From: a virus
DNA: 64,000 nucleotides
Direction: 5' to 3' (one strand)
Virus record (IMG/VR): IMGVR_UViG_3300032105_000042
Span: 15,693 to 79,692 of that record
The position numbers and the translations under genes were made by a program. A model generated the notes under the pieces. It was not told the DNA's origin. It saw nothing but the letters and a program-made list of their open reading frames with translations, and ran no database searches. Every line of letters begins with the position of its first letter. Positions within the stretch are counted from its first letter, which is position 1. Shown here in pieces: positions 1 through 8,566 of the stretch.

Positions 1-713
1 TCTATATGTCCACACTTGTACTCATCTCTCCATGAGTTACAGCAAAGTGCGACACGACCATCCCAACGTATTACCATCTCTCTGAACGGGCGAGCGCAAC
101 GTCTCTGCAACGGCTCACTCGGCGGCTTCAATCCAGCACCACAATGGGCATTGACCCGTTTGGTACCCAAAGCAATCTCAGCCATCGCTGCCTTCTCAAA
201 GTCCTCCATCAGGATTATCCTCTGGACGTTCGCCTTGACTTTGTGGTAAGGCGATGGCCCACCAGGATAGTCCGTGACTGGAACGCCCTCATAAAGTCGG
301 ATCTGTGCTTCAGCCTTCTTGGAAGCTTCGTAGCAATCCATAGCAAAGATGTTCAACCCATTAACAAACAGTGCATCCAAATTAGCTGAAACACCAGGCT
401 TCCTCAGAAGAGGTATGCCATTCGTCGTAACCATGAGGCAGGCTTTAGGAAGATATTTTCTAAGTATGCCAATTATCTCAGCCGCATCTGGGTTCATCAA
501 TGGTTCACCACGAAGACTGAACTCAAACTTGCTGTTCCATCCACTCTCTGCAACAAGCTTGCCAATCTTTTCAGCAAGACCTGTTGTAAGGTATTCGTAA
601 AGCCCACCAGGCTTTTCCCTGATCCCTTGTATGCCACACATTTGACACCTGAGATTACATCCTTCAGTGAACTCTATCTTGATAGTATTTGGTGGATCTT
701 GTCGGTACTTCAT
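1..713 (-). CDS. Radical SAM enzyme with C-terminal SPASM/twitch-type Cys cluster (3' end runs off the window; absent from the ORF track)
   Basis: Manual translation from ATG 713, which overlaps the FkbM stop as ATGA: MKYRQDPPNTIKIEFTEGCNLRCQMCGIQ... Contains CxxxCxxC, FSLRGEPLMNP, VTTNG and C-terminal RCARPFREMVIRWDGRVALCCN. Confidence 0.9.
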   Translation of the reverse strand, partial: MKYRQDPPNTIKIEFTEGCNLRCQMCGIQGIREKPGGLYEYLTTGLAEKIGKLVAESGWNSKFEFSLRGEPLMNPDAAEIIGILRKYLPKACLMVTTNGIPLLRKPGVSANLDALFVNGLNIFAMDCYEASKKAEAQIRLYEGVPVTDYPGGPSPYHKVKANVQRIILMEDFEKAAMAEIALGTKRVNAHCGAGLKPPSEPLQRRCARPFREMVIRWDGRVALCCNSWRDEYKCGHI

Positions 714-1459
714 GATCTCCGCCTGACGAAAACAAAGTCTTGATGCCACATAGCTGATTTATACGGCAGGGATTTATGCCATCTACCACCTCTCTTGAAG
801 TAAGTATCAAATTCAGAATGGAGGATCTCTAGCAATCCTTCCGTAGCTGCCTTTGACTTCAAGGGCGAACTTTTCATACGCTCCTCTTTATTCAGAAGAA
901 ATCTACCACTATAATGTATCTCACCAAATAGGAACTTTACATACTTTGGCAATGGTGTCCGAAAAAATGACCATTCAGCACCCTGACAGTCCAATTTGAT
1001 TACGTTGGGCCTATAAGTCCTCAATACATCTGAGAAATAAAATGCCTTAACGCACCCAAGAATTACTGCCCTACCATCCCTACGACGTACAACACTACAC
1101 TGTGTCATATGCTTTGCCACTTTACTGATAGTCAAAGGAACCTTTTCCTCTCTCCAACCTATGAGAGCCCCTTCGAGACAGATCGCTTCTGGAGCATTCT
1201 TCTTAAGGATACGGAAATTACCCACCTCTGGCTCAATAGCTATGACTATCCTAGCACCAGCATCCAAAGCAAGTCTGGAGAAAAATCCCCGATGTGCCCC
1301 AACATCAAGAACAACACTACCCTTCAGACTGAGACCGAAATCCTCCAACATCCGGAAATATCCACGAACCTCCGCAAGTATCTCAATATCATATTCATCC
1401 CCAATCCAAACACCCTCGTGCTTTCTCATCATAGACCTAGCCCTCCATATAGATGCCAC
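710..1459 (-). CDS. FkbM-family SAM-dependent methyltransferase
   Basis: VLDVGAHRGFFS motif I, IAIEPEVGNF motif II, VIKLDCQGAEW motif typical of FkbM. Confidence 0.85.
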   Translation of the reverse strand: MASIWRARSMMRKHEGVWIGDEYDIEILAEVRGYFRMLEDFGLSLKGSVVLDVGAHRGFFSRLALDAGARIVIAIEPEVGNFRILKKNAPEAICLEGALIGWREEKVPLTISKVAKHMTQCSVVRRRDGRAVILGCVKAFYFSDVLRTYRPNVIKLDCQGAEWSFFRTPLPKYVKFLFGEIHYSGRFLLNKEERMKSSPLKSKAATEGLLEILHSEFDTYFKRGGRWHKSLPYKSAMWHQDFVFVRRRS

Positions 1460-1471
1460 AGATACGAGGGC

Positions 1472-2347
1472 TCATAACAACACTTTCACATCAGGAGTAT
1501 ACCGTTCCAACCTACCTTCACCAAGACGAACACGCTCGTATTTATCCCACTCGCATAAACTGTGTTCACAATCTCTCATCTCTAGAGACGGAACGTTTGT
1601 TGTTCTAAGATACCTTGGTGAAACCTCCAACAGACAACGCATCTCAGTTAATGCTTTAGTCTTAGAGAGCGAGGGTCTGTCGCGCCTGAGCCTACCTTTT
1701 ATTGGTCGGCCGAACACACGATGTAGTCCCCTAACCGCCCCAGGGCCAACGTTGGCCCACGTCATAATATCGGGAGCATCAGACAAGTATCTTGTGTGGC
1801 GAAGATCCGTCACGACTTCATAGGAAAGGAATGGCCCAAAGCCCACACGCCCATTGAACATTTGGAACGCTTCCTCCAAAGTCTTAGCAAGATGAAGTGG
1901 CGGTGGATCCTTGTGGAGAGGATCCAGAATCTTGAACACCGTCTGCTCAGACTTCTCACCACCCAACGTACCAGTCAGCATATAGGCACTCGTATAGACC
2001 TTCAAGCCTCGGGCACGTCGCTGCTTCATAATATTTAGTACACGTCTTGGCTCCCATCGTTCAGGAAAACCTATCTCCGCTAATGTCTCTGGCCAATTAA
2101 TCTGACGAGCCATAGTCATAGCAAACCAAAGATTCTTATGCTCCGAATAAGGCCCCCTCCAGTTCTCTCTGATCCATATTGTGACCTTGTCTAATTCCCT
2201 AAAAATGTTACAAAAACGGTATCGTTGGAGTATCGGGTCTTCCGTCCAAGGCGGAGGTTCACCTGCCTGACGGCGAAGATAGATCCTATGACGTTCACTT
2301 ACAAACGCAAAGAACATCTGCAATCCAGGAATTTTTTCCCTTGTCAT
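1472..2347 (-). CDS. Amino acid:DNA transferase / alpha-glutamyl-putrescinyl thymine pyrophosphorylase clade 1 (5hmdU hypermodification)
   Basis: ERHRIYLRRQAGEPPPWTEDPILQRYRFCNIFRELDKVTIWI N-terminal signature, GFGPFLSYEVVTDL, GPGAVRGL, RDCEHSLCEWDKY. Confidence 0.88.
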   Translation of the reverse strand: MTREKIPGLQMFFAFVSERHRIYLRRQAGEPPPWTEDPILQRYRFCNIFRELDKVTIWIRENWRGPYSEHKNLWFAMTMARQINWPETLAEIGFPERWEPRRVLNIMKQRRARGLKVYTSAYMLTGTLGGEKSEQTVFKILDPLHKDPPPLHLAKTLEEAFQMFNGRVGFGPFLSYEVVTDLRHTRYLSDAPDIMTWANVGPGAVRGLHRVFGRPIKGRLRRDRPSLSKTKALTEMRCLLEVSPRYLRTTNVPSLEMRDCEHSLCEWDKYERVRLGEGRLERYTPDVKVLL

Positions 2348-2802
2348 TTACAACACTTCCCGTGTTTATAATTTGGATTGTTGCGACCACGCCTGGTTTC
2401 TGACATTTTGTCCTTAGCAGCTTTTGTATGTTGACGCCCTGTGAAACCAATAGACCGGCACCCGAACATTGGATTTCGTTCCCCAGAGATATCCGGCCAA
2501 CGCCCTTTTTTGATGGAATCTTTTATGTTATCACTTTGGGTCCCAACGAATAAATGTGATGGCCGAACACACCGTCGGTTATCACATTTATGAAGGACAA
2601 GGAGCCCCACTGGAATGTTTCCAAAATGAAGCTCGTACGAATACCTATGTGCATACATTCGACCACGACTGCCTCCAACACTAAAATTTCCATAGCCCTT
2701 GTAGCAAACACCTGTCCATTCCCAGCACGTGTTGCGACCAGGCTCTTTATTGACTTTGGGCCAGAAACGAATTTCTGGGGGCGTTGGTGGACGACCAATC
2801 AT
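2344..2802 (-). CDS. Free-standing HNH homing endonuclease with NUMOD3-like C-terminus
   Basis: CWEWTG..AHRYSYELHFG..VLHKCDNRRCVRPSHLFVGTQSDN; C-terminal GRQHTKAAKDKMSETRRG. Start reassigned to ATG 2802, 1 nt after the upstream stub's stop. Confidence 0.9.
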   Translation of the reverse strand: MIGRPPTPPEIRFWPKVNKEPGRNTCWEWTGVCYKGYGNFSVGGSRGRMYAHRYSYELHFGNIPVGLLVLHKCDNRRCVRPSHLFVGTQSDNIKDSIKKGRWPDISGERNPMFGCRSIGFTGRQHTKAAKDKMSETRRGRNNPNYKHGKCCK

Positions 2803-2803
2803 C

Positions 2804-2950
2804 TCAATACAATATCCCCGAAGATAGCCAAGACTCACCAGCAGAACGGCGCAGATAGATGGAGTGTCGCTCGACGACGAACTCAAAGAAACGTCGCAGA
2901 GATTTTCTGGGGGGAGAAGCAGTAATATCTGCATTCCTTTTATTCATCAT
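2804..2950 (-). pseudogene. 48-aa stranded N-terminal stub of a second aGPT-Pplase1 allele
   Basis: MMNKRNADITASPPRKSLRRFFEFVVERHSIYLRRSAGESWLSSGILY*; FFEFVVERHSIYLRRSAGE matches FFAFVSERHRIYLRRQAGE of 1472..2347 at 15/19 residues. Confidence 0.85.
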
Positions 2951-2998
2951 CGAGCGCCTAGTTCACCGACACGACCTAATGTCAATAGAGCATGATAG

Positions 2999-3871
2999 TC
3001 ACGAGACCTTGATATTCCCCCTCGCCAGGTCGGTCTTCATGTTCCCCATTGTACCCCCCTTCTTGAGGAACTGACCGACCGTCATGCCGGTCTTGTAGAG
3101 GGCGAACCGTCTGTGGACTTCGGTACCCGGCCGACGTGGGTTTGACTTGGCGATGACGGTGATCTTCGCGTCGCGAGAAACTGCACCTTGCTTGCCAGCC
3201 GACTTCGTGGTTGCCGACTTGGTGCCCTTCTTGTCCTTGATCTTCTCGATCTTCTTGTCCTTGATCTTCTTGTCCTTGGTCTTCTTGCCCTTGCGCTTGG
3301 TCTTGTCCTTTTTCACAGTCTTATCCTTTCGCCGTTTCGATTTCCGTTTTGGAGCAGGAGGCTCATCCTCCTCCTCCTCTTCCTCGCCGTCCTCTTCTTC
3401 TTCTTCTTCTTCCTCTTCTTCACCCTCCTCCTCGCCGTCCTCTTCTTCTTCTTCCTCTTCTTCGTCCTCGTCCTCGCCCTCATCCTCGCCGTCCTCTTCC
3501 TCTTCCTCTTCCTCACCGTCCTCTTCCTCTTCCTCTCCTTCCTCTTCTTCTTCTTCTTCTTCTTCTTCTTCCTCTTCCTCTTCCTCTTCCTCGCCGTCCT
3601 GCTCTTCCTCGCCGTCCTCTTCTTCTTCCTCTTCCTCTTCCTCGGGCACGTCAACATCGGGGAACGATAGTGGCACGCCCCCGGCCTTGACATTATCTAC
3701 GGCTTCCTGGCACCAGCCTTGAGCCTCCGCTGAGAGCTGGAAAAACTTCTCGTCGGCGATAGCATCCATGGCACGAACGAGGCGCGTCCGGAAAGTTCCA
3801 TCGTCTTCCTTACGCTTCCGCTCAAGACCGGTAGCTTCCATGAGTTCTAATTCGATCGACATACTCCTCAC
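2999..3871 (-). CDS. Protein with a ~100-residue Glu/Asp tract, a Lys-rich segment and a small C-terminal domain (possible DNA mimic / nucleoprotein chaperone)
   Basis: Long EEEEEDGEEEE tract followed by KKDK repeats and a folded-looking NPRRPGTEVHRRFALYKTGMTVGQF end. Confidence 0.7.
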   Translation of the reverse strand: MRSMSIELELMEATGLERKRKEDDGTFRTRLVRAMDAIADEKFFQLSAEAQGWCQEAVDNVKAGGVPLSFPDVDVPEEEEEEEEEDGEEEQDGEEEEEEEEEEEEEEEEEEGEEEEEDGEEEEEEEDGEDEGEDEDEEEEEEEEDGEEEGEEEEEEEEEEDGEEEEEEDEPPAPKRKSKRRKDKTVKKDKTKRKGKKTKDKKIKDKKIEKIKDKKGTKSATTKSAGKQGAVSRDAKITVIAKSNPRRPGTEVHRRFALYKTGMTVGQFLKKGGTMGNMKTDLARGNIKVS

Positions 3872-4512
3872 TCCTCGAGTTGATATTCTGACAGGCAGGC
3901 AGCCACCTCTGACAACACGTCACGGTCTTGATCGAAACCAAATAGTCGTGCCAGCGTGAGGTTAATCGGCTCCACTGACGAGTGACCCTTCAAGCGACGA
4001 CGCGTGAGAGCAGACATGGGTTCGACCCCCAGGGCTTCTCTGAACAAAGCAACACACACACCCCGAAGTTCGTCAGGTACACACTTGATGACATCCAAGC
4101 ACACCTCCAGTTCGCTCACACAGTCATATACAGCCACGCCATTCGTTCCCGCAATATCAATGTCCCCACCCTCCTCATTTGTGAGTGAGAAACACCTGTT
4201 CTCGTAACCAACATTGAAAGGATTGGGAAAGCAGGCTGAAGCAGAACTGCTCAACAAAAACCTCAATGCCACCTTGTAGATACACAGAAACTCATCCTCG
4301 TCAGAAACATGTGCGTGATAGACACAAACCCTCCAGTAAATGTAGAAAGCAGTCTGCTGCAAATCATCATCATCACACACAGCAGCAACCTTCCAGCGGT
4401 TTCTTCGGAGATACGAGAGACCCCAGTCCTTGATCTTACCCTCGAACGCCGGGCTGCCATTCAACCTGTTACGCGAGAACACCTGGCTAACACTTACTCC
4501 ACTCTTCGTCAT
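3868..4512 (-). CDS. Hypothetical protein, weak resemblance to a sigma factor region 2
   Basis: ORF packed between neighbours with 4-nt overlap; DDDDLQQTAFYIYWRV resembles the sigma region 2 DLxQ motif. Confidence 0.4.
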   Translation of the reverse strand: MTKSGVSVSQVFSRNRLNGSPAFEGKIKDWGLSYLRRNRWKVAAVCDDDDLQQTAFYIYWRVCVYHAHVSDEDEFLCIYKVALRFLLSSSASACFPNPFNVGYENRCFSLTNEEGGDIDIAGTNGVAVYDCVSELEVCLDVIKCVPDELRGVCVALFREALGVEPMSALTRRRLKGHSSVEPINLTLARLFGFDQDRDVLSEVAACLSEYQLEE

Positions 4513-4542
4513 AACACTTCTCCCCTCCGTGTAACTTCCCAG

Positions 4543-5553
4543 CTAAACTTCACCCTCTACGCAGGACAGTGCAAAACGCCGTACCTGACGCGGAGACATC
4601 GCGCCCGGATCCTCCACACGATCGGGTAGTGAACCAACCTTAAGCTGCAGAAAACTCAACTCACCCCAGACTTGCATGACATTACTCAACCCATCGTCAT
4701 CACCAAGAAACACTATCTGGGAGCAGCACCCACGCAGTTCACTGAGGAGTGCTATCTGTTCCTCCGAAATGCCCGCACCAAAGAGGCAGGTAGCACGGAC
4801 ATCGAGATCACTCCCATAGACATCCACCTTCAAGGCATCCAGGGGACCCTCCACAACGCAGAGAGTATGGAACTTCTCTTCTACAAGTGCATCATAGTTC
4901 CACAAGACATTCCTGATACTCCGGAGAGCTAGTGGACTGTCCTCAGTCTCAGCGTTAGGTGAGAGTGTCAGATAACGCAGGCGAGCGTTCCTGCTGATAG
5001 CACGACCCGTCCATGTCACGAGCCGCCCCTCGAACCACACTGGAAAGATGATCCGGCCGTGCCAAAAGCCTGTCTTACAGTAGCCGAGACTATACTCGGC
5101 ACAAACCGCGTCCAGATCTTCCCGCCGAAATCGACGTCTCACCAGATAATCCTGATAGTAGCACCCGAGCCCCTTGCTAGTCAGTGGACGGTAGTCTCTA
5201 GGAAGCTCCAAACCGTTCCCGACATGTTCCTCGGACTCTGGCTTGGGGGAACGCAGCCTGTCCACCACTTCGGCAAGCCCACCCAGGTCGCGCGCTCCCA
5301 CAACTATGTCGTCGGCAACAGTGTAACCACACCCAAGCAACTTCATTATGAGCCGGTGTGGTCGTCGGCCACCATGGCCACCATGCCGCAGGCAGTTCCA
5401 GTACGCTGTTGACAACTGTATTCCCAAATGTTCGCTGGGATCCTCATCACCACAGAACGGGCACTTGACAACGATGCCTCCCTTAGCGCAGTTTGGTCCC
5501 TCCGTCCGGTAGGGAATATGATTATCCTCGAGAAATGTAATAACGTCAAACAT
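4543..5553 (-). CDS. DNA primase (Zn finger + TOPRIM)
   Basis: CPFCGD zinc finger, GRIIFPV, VVEGPLDAL and FLGDDD TOPRIM motifs. Confidence 0.9.
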   Translation of the reverse strand: MFDVITFLEDNHIPYRTEGPNCAKGGIVVKCPFCGDEDPSEHLGIQLSTAYWNCLRHGGHGGRRPHRLIMKLLGCGYTVADDIVVGARDLGGLAEVVDRLRSPKPESEEHVGNGLELPRDYRPLTSKGLGCYYQDYLVRRRFRREDLDAVCAEYSLGYCKTGFWHGRIIFPVWFEGRLVTWTGRAISRNARLRYLTLSPNAETEDSPLALRSIRNVLWNYDALVEEKFHTLCVVEGPLDALKVDVYGSDLDVRATCLFGAGISEEQIALLSELRGCCSQIVFLGDDDGLSNVMQVWGELSFLQLKVGSLPDRVEDPGAMSPRQVRRFALSCVEGEV

Positions 5554-7124
5554 CAGAGTCTCACCCGCCCACGAAGCACCCTGTTCATCAAGTTCTGACC
5601 CCTGGCAAGAGCAGCAAGGATACGCTCGTCCACGGAGTGACCAGTAATCTCGCTCTTAACAACGGGGTCTATCACAAACACTCTCTCGGACTTCTGGCCG
5701 CTGCGCCTGGCGCGGCGCTCCGCCTGGGTACGGATGATGGGGCGGACGGAGCTCTCGAAGAAGAACAGGTAGCACGCAACCTGCAAATTCAAGCTCATGG
5801 ACCCGGAGTTATTGTTGATCACGAAGATACGGTAACTCGGGTCCTCCAGGAAGCGACGGAGAGCCCGCCGTGGGTGCTTCTGTCCGGACCACAGGCGCTC
5901 GTGCTTGATCTTCCTGGCCTTCAGCTCCCTGCTTATCCGGTTCCCCGTCCAGATGTACTCGTGGTAGACCAGCATCTTCGCGTCCGCTGGCATCTCGTCT
6001 ATCGCCTCGATGAGAGCGTCCAGCTTCGGGTTGGCCGGAAACTCTATCTGAGCACGCGCCCCGGTCTCGTCATCCTTCAGCCCGAGGAAGCCGGAGGAGA
6101 TCTGCCGCATGCGGATGAACGAGTGGTTAATCTCCTGCCAGTTGCCCTTGACCTTGCGAAGATGCTCCAGAGTCCGCTCGTAGTACTGCTCCATCTCAGC
6201 TGTAAACAAGAGCACCCGCCTGATCGGGACGCGCTCGGGCAGATCCTGGCACTCTCCCTCAACGTAGGTAATGGACCGGTGCCCGATCAGACGACTGAGA
6301 GCGCCTAGCTTCTTCCTGTCGAACTTGTAGTCCCAGCCACCGCTCCAGTAGTTTCTCTTCTTCTTGAACAGAGCCTCGCGGAACAACCCCAGTGTTGGGC
6401 CCAGAGTTTGCCCACGATCCAGGATGTAGAACTGAGCCCAGAGTGGAGTCGGCTCCTTGCCAAAGGGTGTGCCCGTGAGCCCAAAGCACATGTCGACGAA
6501 GCGGGAGAATTGATTGCAGATACGGAAGATGAGAGACCGCTTGTTCATTACTACCGTCGACTCGTCCAGGACGAGCCCGTTGAACTTGCGGAGCAGGGAC
6601 TTAATCTTCTTCTTATCCAAGTATCGCTTTCGGCGTCTCGACCTCTTCCTCGGTGGCAGGGTTGAGCAGAGCGCTCGAAGCCCCGGATAGTGTACAATGA
6701 ATAGGTCAGCCTCCCGGTCCAATAGCTGCCGCCGCTCCTTGTGGCTCACATCCAGAGCTACAAAATCCAGCATCGGCGCATACTTCTCTATCTCGATTAC
6801 CCAGTTCTCGATGCTGGCACGGTTGAGTACACAGATCAGGAAGCAGGTTCGCTCACCTCTACACTTCCGGTAGGCAATGAGATCCAGCACCACCCGCGTC
6901 TTACCGATCCCCATGTCCATGAAGAACATGAACCGCTGGAAGTAGACGCCGAGAAGGAAGCCCACGAGCTGGTTGTCCCAGGGTTCATCGGGACCGTAGA
7001 ACTCGGGAGGAGGATCAAGATCACCTATGGCCTGGAGCAGCTCCCGTCGAGATAGCTTCTTCATCCAGGCGAAACTATCCGCTGGCTGCTCCAGAAACTT
7101 CTCTATGATTTTCCGCGAGATCAC
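5553..7124 (-). CDS. SNF2-family (SF2) helicase/ATPase
   Basis: FMDMGIGKT motif I, LVLDES motif II, GLTGTP motif III, QAERRARRSGQ motif VI. Start reassigned to GTG 7124 after the RBS-like GAGGTTAGG. Confidence 0.88.
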   Translation of the reverse strand: MISRKIIEKFLEQPADSFAWMKKLSRRELLQAIGDLDPPPEFYGPDEPWDNQLVGFLLGVYFQRFMFFMDMGIGKTRVVLDLIAYRKCRGERTCFLICVLNRASIENWVIEIEKYAPMLDFVALDVSHKERRQLLDREADLFIVHYPGLRALCSTLPPRKRSRRRKRYLDKKKIKSLLRKFNGLVLDESTVVMNKRSLIFRICNQFSRFVDMCFGLTGTPFGKEPTPLWAQFYILDRGQTLGPTLGLFREALFKKKRNYWSGGWDYKFDRKKLGALSRLIGHRSITYVEGECQDLPERVPIRRVLLFTAEMEQYYERTLEHLRKVKGNWQEINHSFIRMRQISSGFLGLKDDETGARAQIEFPANPKLDALIEAIDEMPADAKMLVYHEYIWTGNRISRELKARKIKHERLWSGQKHPRRALRRFLEDPSYRIFVINNNSGSMSLNLQVACYLFFFESSVRPIIRTQAERRARRSGQKSERVFVIDPVVKSEITGHSVDERILAALARGQNLMNRVLRGRVRL

Positions 7125-7254
7125 GACACCTAACCTCAATACTCCCCGTACTACAGCGACTAAGTACCCCTTACATTTAGGGTTTACTTGTATCAATAAA
7201 AACCTTATACTGAAAAACAAGCTGCGTAAAGAAAAATATTTAGTGGAGCGGGTC

Positions 7255-7563
7255 ATGACAAAAACACCCACCAAAATCCCACAGGATCTACTGAGCAACT
7301 ACGATCTCATGTTCATGTTTGACAGATCGCTGCAGCGGATCTACGTCTGGCGGCGTAAGAAGGGATTGCCATTCCACAAGATCCCTGGAGGATCCGTCAA
7401 GACCATGCCTGTGCGATACAGCCTGTCAGAGATTATAAGCTGGGCAGAAAAGAACGATATCTTCATCCATCACAAACCAACAATCACAGCAAGTGGAGAT
7501 GTACGCTGGCCGAGATCAAGACGGAAGGAGTTCAAGGAGTTCCACCAGAAGACTAAGCTCTAA
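7255..7563 (+). CDS. Small HTH DNA-binding protein (excisionase/AlpA-like)
   Basis: LLSNYDLMFMFDRSLQRIYVWRRKKGLPF...VRYSLSEIISW pattern; ATG 7255. Confidence 0.6.
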   Translation: MTKTPTKIPQDLLSNYDLMFMFDRSLQRIYVWRRKKGLPFHKIPGGSVKTMPVRYSLSEIISWAEKNDIFIHHKPTITASGDVRWPRSRRKEFKEFHQKTKL

Positions 7564-7662
7564 GAACATCAGCTGTATGACTGGTTGAGAGAGCTGAGGT
7601 AAGGATTGATATCAATATTGATATATGTAGTATTTGGAATTGGAAAATTCATGTACTATAAA

Positions 7663-7762
7663 CTTCCTACTCTCCTACTCTCCTACTCTCCCCCCTCCCC
7701 CTCCTCTTACGAGGGGGGGAGAGGAGGGGGAGAGAGTAGGAGTAAGAGTAGGAGAGGGAGTT
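7663..7762. repeat. Imperfect inverted repeat with a polypyrimidine left arm and polypurine right arm (CCTACTCT iterations)
   Basis: cctactctcctactctcctactctccccctccccctcctc-ttac-gagggggggagaggagggggagagagtaggagtaagagtagga, preceded by an AT-rich stretch. Confidence 0.75.
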
Positions 7763-7785
7763 GTAAAGGAGAAAGGGAGGGAGTT

Positions 7786-8274
7786 GTGTTGGAGAGAGTG
7801 ATATCGGGGGGTCAGACTGGCGCTGATCAGGGAGGTCTGGAAGGAGCCAAGGAGGCCGGTATTGAGACTGGTGGGATGGCACCCAGAGGCTACAGAACGA
7901 GCTCCGGACCCCAGCCAGACCTGAGAAGGAGGTTCGGCCTGGAGGAGTCCCAGTCTGCCTACTACTCTCCGAGGACTAGGACCAACGTGCGGAATAGCAC
8001 TGGGACGGTAATCTTTGGAGACCCACACTCACCAGGGAGCAGGTTGACATCCCGGCTGTGCAGGGAATACCAGAAGCCCTGTCTCAAGATACCCTACCCC
8101 AGCTCGACGAGCGACAGCCCCAGAGACGCGCTGGCTGTGTGGTGCCTGGTAAACTGCGTCGAGACCCTGAACGTAGCGGGGAACAGAGAGGAGAGGAACC
8201 CAGGGATCCAGGCGTTCGTGAGAGGAGTGATACTAGGTACAGTAGAGCGGCAGAGGGAGATATGCATCCTGTAG
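7786..8274 (+). CDS. SLOG-superfamily protein (MoCo-carrier-like / YpsA-related)
   Basis: VISGGQTGADQGGL, GGMAPRGY, RTRTNVRNSTGT, LNVAGNRE; GTG 7786. Confidence 0.85.
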   Translation: MLERVISGGQTGADQGGLEGAKEAGIETGGMAPRGYRTSSGPQPDLRRRFGLEESQSAYYSPRTRTNVRNSTGTVIFGDPHSPGSRLTSRLCREYQKPCLKIPYPSSTSDSPRDALAVWCLVNCVETLNVAGNREERNPGIQAFVRGVILGTVERQREICIL

Positions 8275-8555
8275 ACTGGATTAGAGAGACAGCGGCCATA
8301 GTAGACGCGCTCTCCGACGCCGACGACTCCTCCAACTTTGCCTACGGAGGAGGAGGAGTCAGAGTGCTCGGCCCCGTCGTGGAGGCGCTGGTGGACCTGG
8401 AGACAGACGCGGCGCAGGACCGGGGCTTCGTTGTATTCCTACTGAGGGACAGTGGCTTCTCCTACGAGGAAGTTATGGAGAGCATCGACGAGGTGATGGA
8501 GGAGTGGCAGCTCCTGAGACGGAGCCTAGTTCAAGGAACGAGGTATCTTCAGTAG
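8262..8555 (+). CDS. Hypothetical protein
   Basis: ATG 8262 after GGGAGA; overlaps the SLOG stop region; GC3-rich codons. Confidence 0.55.
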   Translation: MHPVDWIRETAAIVDALSDADDSSNFAYGGGGVRVLGPVVEALVDLETDAAQDRGFVVFLLRDSGFSYEEVMESIDEVMEEWQLLRRSLVQGTRYLQ

Positions 8556-8566
8556 AGAGGGTCGAC

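Noticed and set aside
2344-2950. Group I intron containing the HNH and splitting the transferase
   Set aside because: The downstream gene already has its own complete N-terminus, the HNH ORF fills almost all the intervening DNA, and no P7-like core was recognised.
3147-3722. Ser-, Leu/Phe-, Arg/Lys- and Pro-rich ORFs in other frames over the acidic gene
   Set aside because: They are shadows of the GAR/GAY low-complexity tract, which lacks stops in several frames.
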